Part shown: positions 22,589 through 31,598 of the stretch, piece by piece | Position numbering within the stretch: position 1 is the stretch's first letter | Layout: each line of letters opens with the position of its first letter | Source: an uncultured Eubacteriales bacterium | Lineage (GTDB): Bacteria; Acidobacteriota; Aminicenantia; Aminicenantales; Saccharicenantaceae | Direction of reading: 5' to 3' | NCBI GenBank assembly: GCA_964607985.1 | Contig: CAZSMW010000058.1 | Span: forward strand, 1 to 34,260 | DNA: 34,260 bases | Made by a program: the position numbers and the translations under genes | The notes under the pieces: generated by a model | Told to the model about the DNA's origin: nothing | The model's input: the letters and a program-made list of their open reading frames with translations, nothing else | The model's database searches: none

Positions 22589-23767
22589 ATGAGATTCGTC
22601 GAAGAACTGGATGTCAAGGGCAAGCGGGTCTTCCTTCGGGTGGACTTCAACGTCCCGCTGACCGAACAAGGGGAGATCCGGGACGATACGCGCATCAGGG
22701 CCTCCTTGCCCACCATTACATATCTTCTTGAACATGGCGCCAAACTGGTCATCGCCTCGCACCTGGGCCGACCTAAAGGCAAGGTCGACCCAACGATGAG
22801 CCTAAAGCCCGTGGCGGCGCGGCTCGCCTCGCTCATCCCGAATAAGGTAACCCAGGCCCCGGAGGTCGTTGGGACCGAGGTCGCCCGGCTCAAGAAGGAA
22901 CTCAAGGAAGGCGAAGTCCTTCTTCTCGAGAACGTCCGCTTCACCAAGGCCGAGACGGACAACGATGAAGCCTTCGCCGGACAGCTGGCCGAGAATATCG
23001 ACGTCTTCGTCAACGACGCCTTCGGCTCCTGCCATCGGGCCCACGCTTCCGTGGTCGCGATCGCCCGGTTCGTGAAAGAGAAAGCAGCCGGCTATCTCCT
23101 GAAGAAGGAAGTGGATTACCTGCGGAAGGCCGTGCACGATCCGGCCAAGCCCTATGTCGCCATCCTGGGCGGGGCCAAGGTCGAGGACAAGATCCCGGTC
23201 ATCGAGAACCTTCTCAACAAGGCCAACGATATCCTCATCGGCGGGGCGATGGCCTACACGTTCCTCAAAGCCCAGGGCAAGGAAGTCGGAAAGTCCCTGG
23301 TCGAGGATGACAAGCTGGATATCGCCCGGACCATCCTTAAAAAGGCCGCCGAAAAGAAGGTCAACTTCCTCCTGCCCCTGGACCATGTCCTGGCGGCGGC
23401 GGTCAACGCCGGCGCGGAGACCGAGGTCGTAGAGTCACCGCCGTTCCCGGCCGACAAGATGGGAGTCGACATCGGCCCCAAGACCATCACGGCCTACGCA
23501 AAGATCATCGCCGGTGCGAAGACCATTGTCTGGAATGGTCCCCTGGGCATCTTTGAGATCGATAAGTTCGCCAAGGGCACGATCGGGATCGCCGAAGCCG
23601 TGGCGGCTTCCGGCGCCACATCCATCGTCGGCGGCGGCGACTCCATCGCAGCCGTCAGGAAAGCGGGGGTCGCGGACAAGATCAGCCACATCTCGACGGG
23701 CGGGGGCGCTTCGCTCGAATTCCTCGCATACGAAACCCTGCCCGGGATCGAAGCCCTGGAGAATTGA
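22589..23767 (+). CDS. pgk: phosphoglycerate kinase
   Basis: RVDFNVPL, ASHLGRPKG and STGGGASLEFL blocks. Confidence 0.95.
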   Translation: MRFVEELDVKGKRVFLRVDFNVPLTEQGEIRDDTRIRASLPTITYLLEHGAKLVIASHLGRPKGKVDPTMSLKPVAARLASLIPNKVTQAPEVVGTEVARLKKELKEGEVLLLENVRFTKAETDNDEAFAGQLAENIDVFVNDAFGSCHRAHASVVAIARFVKEKAAGYLLKKEVDYLRKAVHDPAKPYVAILGGAKVEDKIPVIENLLNKANDILIGGAMAYTFLKAQGKEVGKSLVEDDKLDIARTILKKAAEKKVNFLLPLDHVLAAAVNAGAETEVVESPPFPADKMGVDIGPKTITAYAKIIAGAKTIVWNGPLGIFEIDKFAKGTIGIAEAVAASGATSIVGGGDSIAAVRKAGVADKISHISTGGGASLEFLAYETLPGIEALEN

Positions 23768-23773
23768 ACAGAG

Positions 23774-24553
23774 ATGCGCCGCCATCCCCCTTTCATCGCC
23801 GGCAACTGGAAGATGCACACGACGCTCGCGGAAGCGCGGGCGCTCGTCTCCGAGATCGTCAAGGCCGCCCGGGAACTCGCCCCGGCCCGGCTCGTCGTCA
23901 TCCCCCCGTTCACAGCCCTCTGCGAAGCCTCGAAGCTCGCCCAGGGGTCTCCCATCAGCGTCGGCGGCCAGAACGTCTATTGGGAAGACAAAGGCGCCTT
24001 CACCGGCGAGATCTCCGGTCCCATGCTTAAGGACGCCGGATGCGCTTACGCGCTCGTCGGCCACTCAGAACGGCGGCAGTTCTTCGGCGAGACCGACCCG
24101 GGCGTCAACCGGAAAACCCGGGCGGCGCTCCGGCACGGGCTCTCCCCAATCGTCTGCGTCGGCGAGTCGCTGGAAGAACGGGAAGCCGGGAAGACAATGG
24201 CCAAGATCAAAACCCAGCTCGACGAAGGGCTCCGGGAAACGACCCCGGAGGACATGGGGAGGATCATTCTCGCCTACGAGCCCATCTGGGCCATCGGGAC
24301 GGGACGGACCGCGACACCGGGTCAAGCGGAAGAGGTCCATGCCTTCATCCGGAAGGATCTTGAAGAAAAATATGGAAATCCGGCGGCCGCTTATGCTATA
24401 ATTCTCTACGGCGGTTCCGTCAAACCGGCCAATGCGTATGATCTTTTCAAAGAAAAGAACATAGACGGATTTCTGGTGGGAGGCGCGTCCCTCGAGGCTG
24501 GATCGTTCATCCGGATCGCGAAGGAGGCCCTCAGGGCATACGAGGAAGAGTAA
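23774..24553 (+). CDS. tpiA: triosephosphate isomerase
   Basis: GNWKMH, VGHSERR and AYEPIWAIGTG blocks. Confidence 0.95.
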   Translation: MRRHPPFIAGNWKMHTTLAEARALVSEIVKAARELAPARLVVIPPFTALCEASKLAQGSPISVGGQNVYWEDKGAFTGEISGPMLKDAGCAYALVGHSERRQFFGETDPGVNRKTRAALRHGLSPIVCVGESLEEREAGKTMAKIKTQLDEGLRETTPEDMGRIILAYEPIWAIGTGRTATPGQAEEVHAFIRKDLEEKYGNPAAAYAIILYGGSVKPANAYDLFKEKNIDGFLVGGASLEAGSFIRIAKEALRAYEEE

Positions 24554-24558
24554 GAAAA

Positions 24559-24936
24559 GTGACCACGTTAATCATCATCATCCACATCATCGTTTGTTTC
24601 ATCCTGATCTTCGCCGTCCTCCTCCAGTCCGGCAAGTCCGCGGACCTGGCCGGGGCCTTCGGAGGGGTGGGCAGCCAGACGGCCTTCGGCGCGCGCGGAT
24701 CGGCGAGTCTGATGTCCAAGATCACGACCGCCTGCGCCATCCTTTTCATGTTCACGTCCATGGGGCTGTGGATCCTTTCTGCCAGGGGCACGAAGTCGGT
24801 TTTGAGCGGCGAGAGCGCTCCCAAGGCGGCCGCGACGGCGCCGGCTCCCAAGAAAGAGGAACCCAAGACCCCCGCAACCCAGACACCGGCCCAACCCCAG
24901 GAAAAGACCCCGACGTCCGAGCCCATTAAGAAGTAA
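24559..24936 (+). CDS. secG: preprotein translocase subunit SecG
   Basis: GTG start. LLQSGKSADLAGAFGG motif, two hydrophobic segments, Pro/Ala/Lys-rich tail. Conserved position after tpiA. Confidence 0.85.
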   Translation: MTTLIIIIHIIVCFILIFAVLLQSGKSADLAGAFGGVGSQTAFGARGSASLMSKITTACAILFMFTSMGLWILSARGTKSVLSGESAPKAAATAPAPKKEEPKTPATQTPAQPQEKTPTSEPIKK

Positions 24937-24984
24937 CCTCACGAGGCCGGGTCCAGGCCTTGAATATATCAGCTTTCCGAGCTT

Positions 24985-25072
24985 GCCGAAGTGGTGGAAT
25001 TGGCAGACACGCTAGCTTGAGGGGCTAGTGAGCATTAACCCGCTCGTAGGGGTTCGAGTCCCCTCTTCGGCA
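24985..25072 (+). tRNA. tRNA-Leu (anticodon GAG), class II with long variable arm
   Basis: Acceptor GCCGAAG/CTTCGGC, anticodon stem CTAGC/GCTAG, loop TTGAGGG (anticodon GAG at 25019-25021), variable-arm stem GAGC/GCTC, T-arm AGGGG-TTCGAGT-CCCCT, discriminator A. No encoded CCA. Confidence 0.9.
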
Positions 25073-25081
25073 TTCCCCTCT

Positions 25082-25522
25082 TTACGTTTTGCTCGCGACC
25101 CAGAGGGAGAAATTCTCCTCCGAGACGGCGCCCGAATTTCTCGCCCGTTCCGTGCCTTTATGAACGATGATGAAGGTGGGAACGGATTGGACGCCGAAAC
25201 CCTGTTGGAGCTCGGGATATTGGTCCACGTTGACCTTGACCACCATGATCTCGCCGGCCCGCCTCCGGGCCAGCCTGTCCAGCACCGGGTGCATGACGTG
25301 ACAAGGCCCGCAAGTGGGCGAGTAAAAGTCCACCAGGATGGGGAGGCTGGAGTTCTGGAAGAGTTTGTAGGCTTGGCCGGGAGGAGGCTCGAGAACGGTG
25401 CCCGGGAGCGGCAGGGCGTTCTTGCAGCGCCCGCAGACGACCCTTTTCCCCTGCGCATCGGCAGGATAATAGTTGGTCATCCCGCACGAAAAACAACTGA
25501 CCTTGATCCGGTCTTCAAGCAT
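25082..25522 (-). CDS. trxC: thioredoxin with N-terminal zinc-finger extension (Trx2-like)
   Basis: CFSCG-x16-CGRC zinc-ribbon-like N-terminus. Thioredoxin fold with active site PTCGPC, where the canonical Trp of WCGPC is replaced by Thr. Confidence 0.8.
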   Translation of the reverse strand: MLEDRIKVSCFSCGMTNYYPADAQGKRVVCGRCKNALPLPGTVLEPPPGQAYKLFQNSSLPILVDFYSPTCGPCHVMHPVLDRLARRRAGEIMVVKVNVDQYPELQQGFGVQSVPTFIIVHKGTERARNSGAVSEENFSLWVASKT

Positions 25523-25594
25523 CGGCCTCTCCTTCCCATTCTCCTCAACCGGTCTCTATATACAAGAATTGAAGGGGGAATTCAATCCGCGCGT

Positions 25595-28500
25595 TCATTT
25601 TTTAATGGGAAACGGAGGGACCGGCGGGATGTCCTTCTCCTTCGTCTTGAGCTCCTCCAGGATGACCTCGATCGCCTTGTTGAGCTGGTCGTCGGTCCCC
25701 GCGAACTCCCTGGCCGGATCGTTGTCCACGACGATATCGGGTTCGACGCCCCTCCCTTCGATGATCCAGTCCTTGCCGTCCACGGCGTAGGGCGCGAACT
25801 CGGGCTTGAATAGGACCCCTCCGTCGAGGAGAGGCAGTGAGCCGCGGATACCGACAACGCCGCCCCAGGTCCTCTTCCCAATGACCTTGCCGAGCTTGAG
25901 GGCCTTGAAACGATAGGGGAAGATGTCCCCGTCCGAGGCCGAGAACTCATCGCAGAGGCAGACCTTCGGCCCCAGGACCGCGGCCCCCGGGTCGGGGCCC
26001 GGAGCGCCGTTCCGGCCGACCTCGACCATGACCATCTCCCTCATGAGCCGCTCGGCGATCTGGGCAGATACGCTCCCGCCGCCGTTCCCCCGGACATCGA
26101 TGATAAGAGCCTTCTTCCGAAGCTGGGGGTAGAACGTTTTCACGAACTCGTTGAGGCCCTCGTTCCCCATGTCGGGGATGTGGATGTAGCCGACCTTGCC
26201 GTTCGTGGCCTTGGTAACCTTTTCGACATTCGCCTCCACCCAGTTGTAATAGTAAAGGTCGTTTTCGGTCTCGATCGGAACGACAACCGCCTCCCGGCTT
26301 CCTTTTTCATCCGGGACGGAATTGACTTTGAGCGTCACTTGCTTGCCCACCGTATTGTTCAGGGAGGCATACATGTCCGCCATCGCGTTCAACGGCATCC
26401 CGTTGACGGCAATGAGGTATTCGCCTTCCTTCACGTTGACACCGACCTCGGTCAGAGGGGACCGCCGCGACGCGACCCAGTTCTGGCCTTTGAGGATCCT
26501 GACGATCTTAAAGAAGCCTGTCTTCGAGTCCAGCTCGAACCGGGCCCCCAGCCTTCCGACCTTGACCTTTTTCGGCCGGGGCAGGTCGCCGCCGCCGACA
26601 TAGGTATGGCCGGCGGAGAGCTCCCCGATCATCTCGCCGATGACGTAGGTCAGATCGGCCCGATGGTTGACGGCCGCGGCCAAAGGCAGGTAGCGGGCCC
26701 TGACCGCGTTCCAGTCGACGCCGTGCATGTTAGGATCATAGAAGAAATACTTCATCTGGCGCCAGCATTCCTCGAAAATCTGTTTCCACTCCTGGTGGAG
26801 GTTCAGGGAAACTTCCATGCCGGAAAGGTCGAGCCGGCTTTCCAGGCTGACCGGGCCCTTGGGAAGATCAATGATCCCGTAGCCGCCGTCCTTCCCCACG
26901 AGCATCTTCTTCCTGTCGGACGAAATCTCGTACCCTCCGATCTTCCCCAGGTCCTTCTCCTTGAGCTCGGCGAGATCGAAGAGCATGAGAGACGGCTCCC
27001 GCTCCATGTCCTTGGTCCGGAGATAATAGACCGAGTCGCCGACGGTGCTGATCTGTCCGTAATTAGCGGTCTCGATGGGCAAGACGAGGATCCGGTCTTT
27101 GAGGCCGTCGGGGTCGACCTTGACGGTGACGGGTTTCTCGCCGCCCTCCGCCTTCTCCTCCTTCTTTTCTTCCTTCTTGGCCGCAGGCTTGGCCGCCTTT
27201 TCTTCTTCCTTCTTAGCGGCCGTTTCATCGCTCTTAGGTTCGAACGGCGACTTGGTGTCTTTGGCAAGGGTCACGAGATAGACGCGCGATAAGGACAAGT
27301 AGGCGTGGTTCCACTCCGTGGAGCTGTAGATCGGGTTGAAGTCGCGGTCGGAAACGAAGAAGAGGTACTTGCCGTCCGAGCTGAAGGACGGGTCGCCGGA
27401 GTTGTGCCAGCCATCGGTCACCTCGCAGGTCTTTCGGGTGTCGAGCGCATAGAGGTAAACCTTGGCCATATCGTCGACCTCAGGCTTGGCGTAGGCGATC
27501 CAGCGGCTGTCCGGAGACCAGGCATATTGGGTGATCTCCCAGCGCTCGGCCTTGACGACCTCCACAACCTTATTCGTGGCGACGTCGACGTAGTTCAGCC
27601 TCTGTTTCTTGTCGCTCCACATGATCTTCCCGCCGTCGGGCGACCAATAGATCTGATATTTGTAGGTGTCGGCGTCCTTCGTGAGCTGCTGGGGCTTCCC
27701 GGAGCCGTCCTGGGCTTCGATGAAGATCTCATCCTCGCCGGTCGCATCCGAGATATAGGCGATCCACTTACCGTCGGGCGACCATTTGGAAGCGCGTTCG
27801 TGGACCCCCGGGGTCCCGGTGAGGTTCCGAGTGTTCCCCTGTTTGACCGGGACGGTGAAAACGTCTCCCCGCGCGCCGAAAAGCGCCCGTTTGCCGTCCG
27901 GGGCGATCTCGAAGTTCGTGATCCGGTCATCGACCCTGGCGATCCGGCCGCGTCCGGAGAGCTGGTCGTCGGCGATGACAATGGGAACGCGCCCGTTTTT
28001 TTCCGACGCCAGGTCGAACGTAAAGATGGTCCCGCCGTTCTCGAAGACGATGGCCTTCGGGCCGAGCGACGGGAACTTGATGTCGTATTCGGCGAAGTCC
28101 GTGAGCTTCCGGGTCCGCTTCGCCCCGAGCTCATAGACATAAAGGTTCATTTTCTTGTTCTCATCCCGGTCGGAGATGAAATAGATCCGGTCACCGCTCC
28201 ACATGGGGATGATGTCGAGGGCGGGATTATCGGTGATGTTCTCGATTTTCTTGGTCTCGAAGTCGTAGATCCAGATGTCGTCGGCCATGCCGCCGCGGTA
28301 GCGCTTCCAGGTCCTGAACTCGCGGAAGATGCGGTTGTAGGCGAGCTTTTTATCGTCCGGGGAGAATGAACAGAACCCGCCCCTGGGGAGGGGGATCTGC
28401 GACTGGATCCCTCCGGAAACGGAGGCCAGGAAGAGCTGACCGTTGAAGGAGTTCCACTCGATCATCCGGGAGCGGAAGACGATGCTCTTGGCGTCGTGCG

Positions 28501-28885
28501 TCCAGCCCATGACCAGGTTGTTCGGCCCCATGCGGTCGGAGATGTCGTCGCGGCCGAGAGAGGGGGTGAAGGTCAGCCGGAGGGGTGTGCCGCCCTCGGA
28601 AGGCATGAGGTAGACCTCCCGGTTCCCGTCGTATTCGCCGGTGAAGGCGATCTTCGCGCCGTCGGGTGAAAAGCGGGCGAACGCCTCATAGCCTTCGTGC
28701 GACGTGAGCTTTCGGGCGACGCCGCCGGCAATGGGGACCGTATAGAGGTCGCCCGCGCAGCTGAAGACGATTTGGCTGTCCGAGATGGCCGGGAACCGGA
28801 GGACGCGCGCCTCCTCAGCCGCGAATGAAGCGATCGAAAGGACGAATATCAGAATGATGAAGCCGGGGATAAGTTTGGATCTCAT
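25595..28885 (-). CDS. tricorn-like protease (beta-propellers + PDZ + S41 peptidase domain), exported
   Basis: 1096 aa from the ATG at 28883-28885 (AGGAGG Shine-Dalgarno, signal peptide MRSKLIPGFIILIFVLSIASFAA). Repeated SPDG propeller motifs (FSPDGAKIAF, WSPDGKWIAY, WSPDGGKIMW, WSPDSRWIAY). S41-type DVRGNGGG and FSASDGD blocks. Confidence 0.85.
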   Translation of the reverse strand: MRSKLIPGFIILIFVLSIASFAAEEARVLRFPAISDSQIVFSCAGDLYTVPIAGGVARKLTSHEGYEAFARFSPDGAKIAFTGEYDGNREVYLMPSEGGTPLRLTFTPSLGRDDISDRMGPNNLVMGWTHDAKSIVFRSRMIEWNSFNGQLFLASVSGGIQSQIPLPRGGFCSFSPDDKKLAYNRIFREFRTWKRYRGGMADDIWIYDFETKKIENITDNPALDIIPMWSGDRIYFISDRDENKKMNLYVYELGAKRTRKLTDFAEYDIKFPSLGPKAIVFENGGTIFTFDLASEKNGRVPIVIADDQLSGRGRIARVDDRITNFEIAPDGKRALFGARGDVFTVPVKQGNTRNLTGTPGVHERASKWSPDGKWIAYISDATGEDEIFIEAQDGSGKPQQLTKDADTYKYQIYWSPDGGKIMWSDKKQRLNYVDVATNKVVEVVKAERWEITQYAWSPDSRWIAYAKPEVDDMAKVYLYALDTRKTCEVTDGWHNSGDPSFSSDGKYLFFVSDRDFNPIYSSTEWNHAYLSLSRVYLVTLAKDTKSPFEPKSDETAAKKEEEKAAKPAAKKEEKKEEKAEGGEKPVTVKVDPDGLKDRILVLPIETANYGQISTVGDSVYYLRTKDMEREPSLMLFDLAELKEKDLGKIGGYEISSDRKKMLVGKDGGYGIIDLPKGPVSLESRLDLSGMEVSLNLHQEWKQIFEECWRQMKYFFYDPNMHGVDWNAVRARYLPLAAAVNHRADLTYVIGEMIGELSAGHTYVGGGDLPRPKKVKVGRLGARFELDSKTGFFKIVRILKGQNWVASRRSPLTEVGVNVKEGEYLIAVNGMPLNAMADMYASLNNTVGKQVTLKVNSVPDEKGSREAVVVPIETENDLYYYNWVEANVEKVTKATNGKVGYIHIPDMGNEGLNEFVKTFYPQLRKKALIIDVRGNGGGSVSAQIAERLMREMVMVEVGRNGAPGPDPGAAVLGPKVCLCDEFSASDGDIFPYRFKALKLGKVIGKRTWGGVVGIRGSLPLLDGGVLFKPEFAPYAVDGKDWIIEGRGVEPDIVVDNDPAREFAGTDDQLNKAIEVILEELKTKEKDIPPVPPFPIKK

Positions 28886-28919
28886 CTTGCCTCCTTGGAC
28901 GCGGATTGCCGAAGGGAGA

Positions 28920-28928
28920 AATATAGCA
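28920..28928 (-). promoter_or_regulatory. extended -10 element (TGcTATATT) upstream of the tricorn-like gene
   Basis: The minus strand reads TGCTATATT about 35 nt upstream of the ATG. Confidence 0.3.
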
Positions 28929-28973
28929 CAAAACGCGGTAATCCCTCCAGCGGAATCCAGCACCTGCTATTTT

Positions 28974-29140
28974 GGGTTCTCTTGAGTTTAGTGTGGGTTG
29001 GGGGCTTGGACGGGATGGATTATTCTTCGAGGGTGATAGATCAGACACGCGAGTTCTGAAGGCGCCGAGAAGGGCGGTTCGGGAACGGATTTAAAAAGCT
29101 ATTAACCCAACCCACACTCAACGCAAGAGAACCCTATTTT
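28974..29140 (+). repeat. hairpin repeat family 1, copy B (with about 60-nt internal insertion)
   Basis: 29-nt arms GGGTTCTCTTGAGTTTAGTGTGGGTTGGG (28974-29002) and CCCAACCCACACTCAACGCAAGAGAACCC (29106-29134) pair with 2 mismatches. Same 32-nt core as copy A (29072-29103). Flanked by CTATTTT on both sides (28967-28973 and 29134-29140). Overlaps the TAG stop of the AlkD-like gene. Confidence 0.7.
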
Positions 29141-29874
29141 GTTTCAGACAACAGCTCTTTGCGCCTCTTCTCAGCGAAACGTTCGATGGCATAGCGGAGG
29201 GTCGTCCTTGGGATGGCCGGCCCGTGCCGGAGAAGGAATTTCTCGAGCCGCCCCATGTCCTTCTTTCCCGCCTCGCGGAGGAGCCAGCCGTTGGCCTTTT
29301 GAACGAGGTCGTCGTCCGTGGAAAAGAGCGAGCGCGAGATGCTGTAGATCGTGTCCAGATGTTCCTCTTTCTTCGCCAGCTTGATGAAGGAAACGGCCGA
29401 GGCCCGCTTGACCCAGCGGTTGGAATGTCCCGCCCAGGACTTGATCTTTTCTTCAAACTCCGGGTACTTGACGATCAGCGCGCCCACGACATCGGGACAA
29501 AAGACATCCACCGAAGCCCAGTTGTCCAGGCGATTGGCTGCCAGCCAGCTTTTGACCTTGGAGAAAAGAGATTTCGGCAATTCCTTCTTGAACCTGGCCA
29601 GGATGAGGGCGCCGATGGCCTTGGCTTCGAGCTCGAGCTCGGGAAATACGATGTCGCAGAGCCGGATGGCATCGGCGACGGTCCAATCCTTCTTGATGGC
29701 CGCGTAAAGATCGGCCGCAATCGCCCGGACATCGGGAGAAGAAACGCCATAGGACTTCACGGTCTTCTTAAAGTATTTCTGGACGTCCCTGGCTTTCCTG
29801 GGATCGGCTTTTGCCCTCAGCCGGGCCAGCCCCTGCCTGGCGATTTCCTCAGGGGTGAACGCTTTTACGGCCAT
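29134..29874 (-). CDS. DNA alkylation repair (AlkD-like HEAT-repeat) protein
   Basis: 246-aa all-helical protein whose N-terminal pattern (RAKADPRKARDVQKYFKKTVKSYGVSSPDVRAIA) is typical of the DNA_alkylation family. Confidence 0.65.
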   Translation of the reverse strand: MAVKAFTPEEIARQGLARLRAKADPRKARDVQKYFKKTVKSYGVSSPDVRAIAADLYAAIKKDWTVADAIRLCDIVFPELELEAKAIGALILARFKKELPKSLFSKVKSWLAANRLDNWASVDVFCPDVVGALIVKYPEFEEKIKSWAGHSNRWVKRASAVSFIKLAKKEEHLDTIYSISRSLFSTDDDLVQKANGWLLREAGKKDMGRLEKFLLRHGPAIPRTTLRYAIERFAEKRRKELLSETK

Positions 29875-29896
29875 GCGAGACTCCTTAGCAAATCGT

Positions 29897-31021
29897 TTAT
29901 ACGAAGCGGCGGAAAACCTGATTGGAGATGAGGAACTTGTCCTCCGGAATCCTCAAGACATCGCCTTCGACAAGTATCAAACCCTCCTCGACGAAATCCC
30001 GGATTTCCTTGCCGTAACGCTCCATGACATCCACACCAAACCTCTCCATGAACCCGACCATGCTGATGCCGCGAGTAAGCCTCAGCCCGAAGATCAGGGC
30101 TTCCCTAAAGCTTTCCTCGGGCGGCAGGGGCCTGACCTCCTCCCGGCAGTCCCCTCCTTCGGCAAGGGCCGAAGCCCAAGCTTCCAAATCGGGCTTGTTA
30201 CACCAGCGGCCGGCGCCGATGTGGGAGCAGGCCGAAGGACCGAGGCCGAGGAAGGGCTCGTAATGCCAGTATTTCAAATTATGGAGACACTCCCCGCCCA
30301 CCCGTGAGAAATTCGAGATCTCGTATCTCCGGAGGCCCGCTTCCTCGAGCCCGTTCCGCATCAGCTCATAGGCGTCCGCGGCCGCGTCCTCGTCCATCGG
30401 GTGGTCGCAGACGACCGACTCGAACGGAAGGCCTTCCAGGTTTTCCAGGATGTAGAGCGACACGTGGTCGGGGCCGAGCTCACGGACCCTCTCCAAAGAT
30501 TTCCGCAAGGATGCCCTCTTTTCCGTCGGGACTCCGATCACGAGGTCGAGGCTGATCGTCCCAAATCCCACCTTCCGGACCAATTCCAGAAATTCCTCCG
30601 CTTGGCGGGCCGTATATCCCCTGCCCAGGATCCTGAGGACCCGGTCATCGAAAGATTGAACCCCGACGCTCAGACGGCTCACGCCCGCGTCCTTCCAGCC
30701 CCGGAGGAACGCTTCGTCCCGGACGTCCGGGTTGGCTTCCAGGGTGAATTCGGCGAGGTCCGAACGGAAGTTCGCCCGGAGCGCCTCCCGTGTCCGGAAG
30801 ATCTCATCGGGTCCGAGAAGCGACGGAGTGCCGCCCCCAATGTAAAGGGTGTCGACGCGAATATCCCCACCCGCGGACCGGAACGCCTCTTTTCCGAGCG
30901 CTTCGTGCCAGCGTTCGAAAAGGCGGCGCTCGTAGGGAATACTATAGAAGTGGCAATAAGGACACTTCATCCGGCAGAATGGAAAATGGATGTAAAGGCC
31001 CGTGCTTATGACAGAATTCAC
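29897..31021 (-). CDS. hemW: radical SAM heme chaperone HemW (HemN-like, oxygen-independent coproporphyrinogen oxidase family)
   Basis: LYIHFPFCRMKCPYCHF (CxxxCxxC cluster motif), 374 aa, GTG start at 31019-31021. Confidence 0.85.
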   Translation of the reverse strand: MNSVISTGLYIHFPFCRMKCPYCHFYSIPYERRLFERWHEALGKEAFRSAGGDIRVDTLYIGGGTPSLLGPDEIFRTREALRANFRSDLAEFTLEANPDVRDEAFLRGWKDAGVSRLSVGVQSFDDRVLRILGRGYTARQAEEFLELVRKVGFGTISLDLVIGVPTEKRASLRKSLERVRELGPDHVSLYILENLEGLPFESVVCDHPMDEDAAADAYELMRNGLEEAGLRRYEISNFSRVGGECLHNLKYWHYEPFLGLGPSACSHIGAGRWCNKPDLEAWASALAEGGDCREEVRPLPPEESFREALIFGLRLTRGISMVGFMERFGVDVMERYGKEIRDFVEEGLILVEGDVLRIPEDKFLISNQVFRRFV

Positions 31022-31069
31022 ACATGACCACCCCCTCTCGTTAACGTGAGCGTCGCATCTCCCGCCCGG

Positions 31070-31540
31070 TCAGTCTTTGTCTTCGTAGCCGCAGGCGGCG
31101 TAGTAGATGGCCCGATCAAAGAACGTGACCACCCGGTTGTGGAGCTCCATAGCCTGATAGAGGTCGAGGGCGGTGTCCAGAAGTCCCTCGGCTTGGACCT
31201 TGATCCAGAGTTGCCTCCGGAGCATGCTCAAGCTCAGGATGATCTCGGGGAGCGGAAAGCCTTCTTCCCGCCGTTGCTTGCCCAGGTCCCTCCAGTAGAT
31301 CTTGATCTCCTCTTTGGTTGTTTCCTGGGAGATCCAATTGCCGAGCTGGCTGTAGACCCGGTAAGCTCTCTTGTAGAGTTCCTTTTCGTCGAACGCCCGG
31401 TAGGTCGGGAGGTGGCTGTGCTGTTTGACGTCCTCGAGATACTGTTTCGTCAACTCGTCAGCGCTGCGTTCGATGAGTTCGACAAGGTTCTTGGAGACCG
31501 GGGCCCCATACAAGGACGCGGTCCTGATCGTTTCTTTCAC
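31070..31540 (-). CDS. hypothetical helical protein (156 aa)
   Basis: ORF with GTG start and GAGGGA Shine-Dalgarno, co-directional and tightly spaced with hemW. I recognise no motif with confidence. There is a faint resemblance to RsbR-N / globin-like sensor domains. Confidence 0.45.
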   Translation of the reverse strand: MKETIRTASLYGAPVSKNLVELIERSADELTKQYLEDVKQHSHLPTYRAFDEKELYKRAYRVYSQLGNWISQETTKEEIKIYWRDLGKQRREEGFPLPEIILSLSMLRRQLWIKVQAEGLLDTALDLYQAMELHNRVVTFFDRAIYYAACGYEDKD

Positions 31541-31598
31541 GATCTTCCCTCACTTCCGGCCTAAACTTAGCATAGAGGAAAACAGATTGTCAATCCGT

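Noticed and set aside
28974-29140. Family 1 repeats as integron attC sites or gene cassettes
   Set aside because: They sit at ORF 3' ends and are imperfect palindromes. However, the core-site order is wrong: GTTRRRY-like sequence is in the 5' arm and RYYYAAC-like sequence in the 3' arm on both strands. There is no integrase or attI, and the neighbouring genes are ordinary co-directional chromosomal genes.
12440-29140. CRISPR array
   Set aside because: The repeated sequences are about 16 kb apart, occur once per locus, are themselves long hairpins, and are not arranged as short direct repeats with spacers. No cas genes are present.
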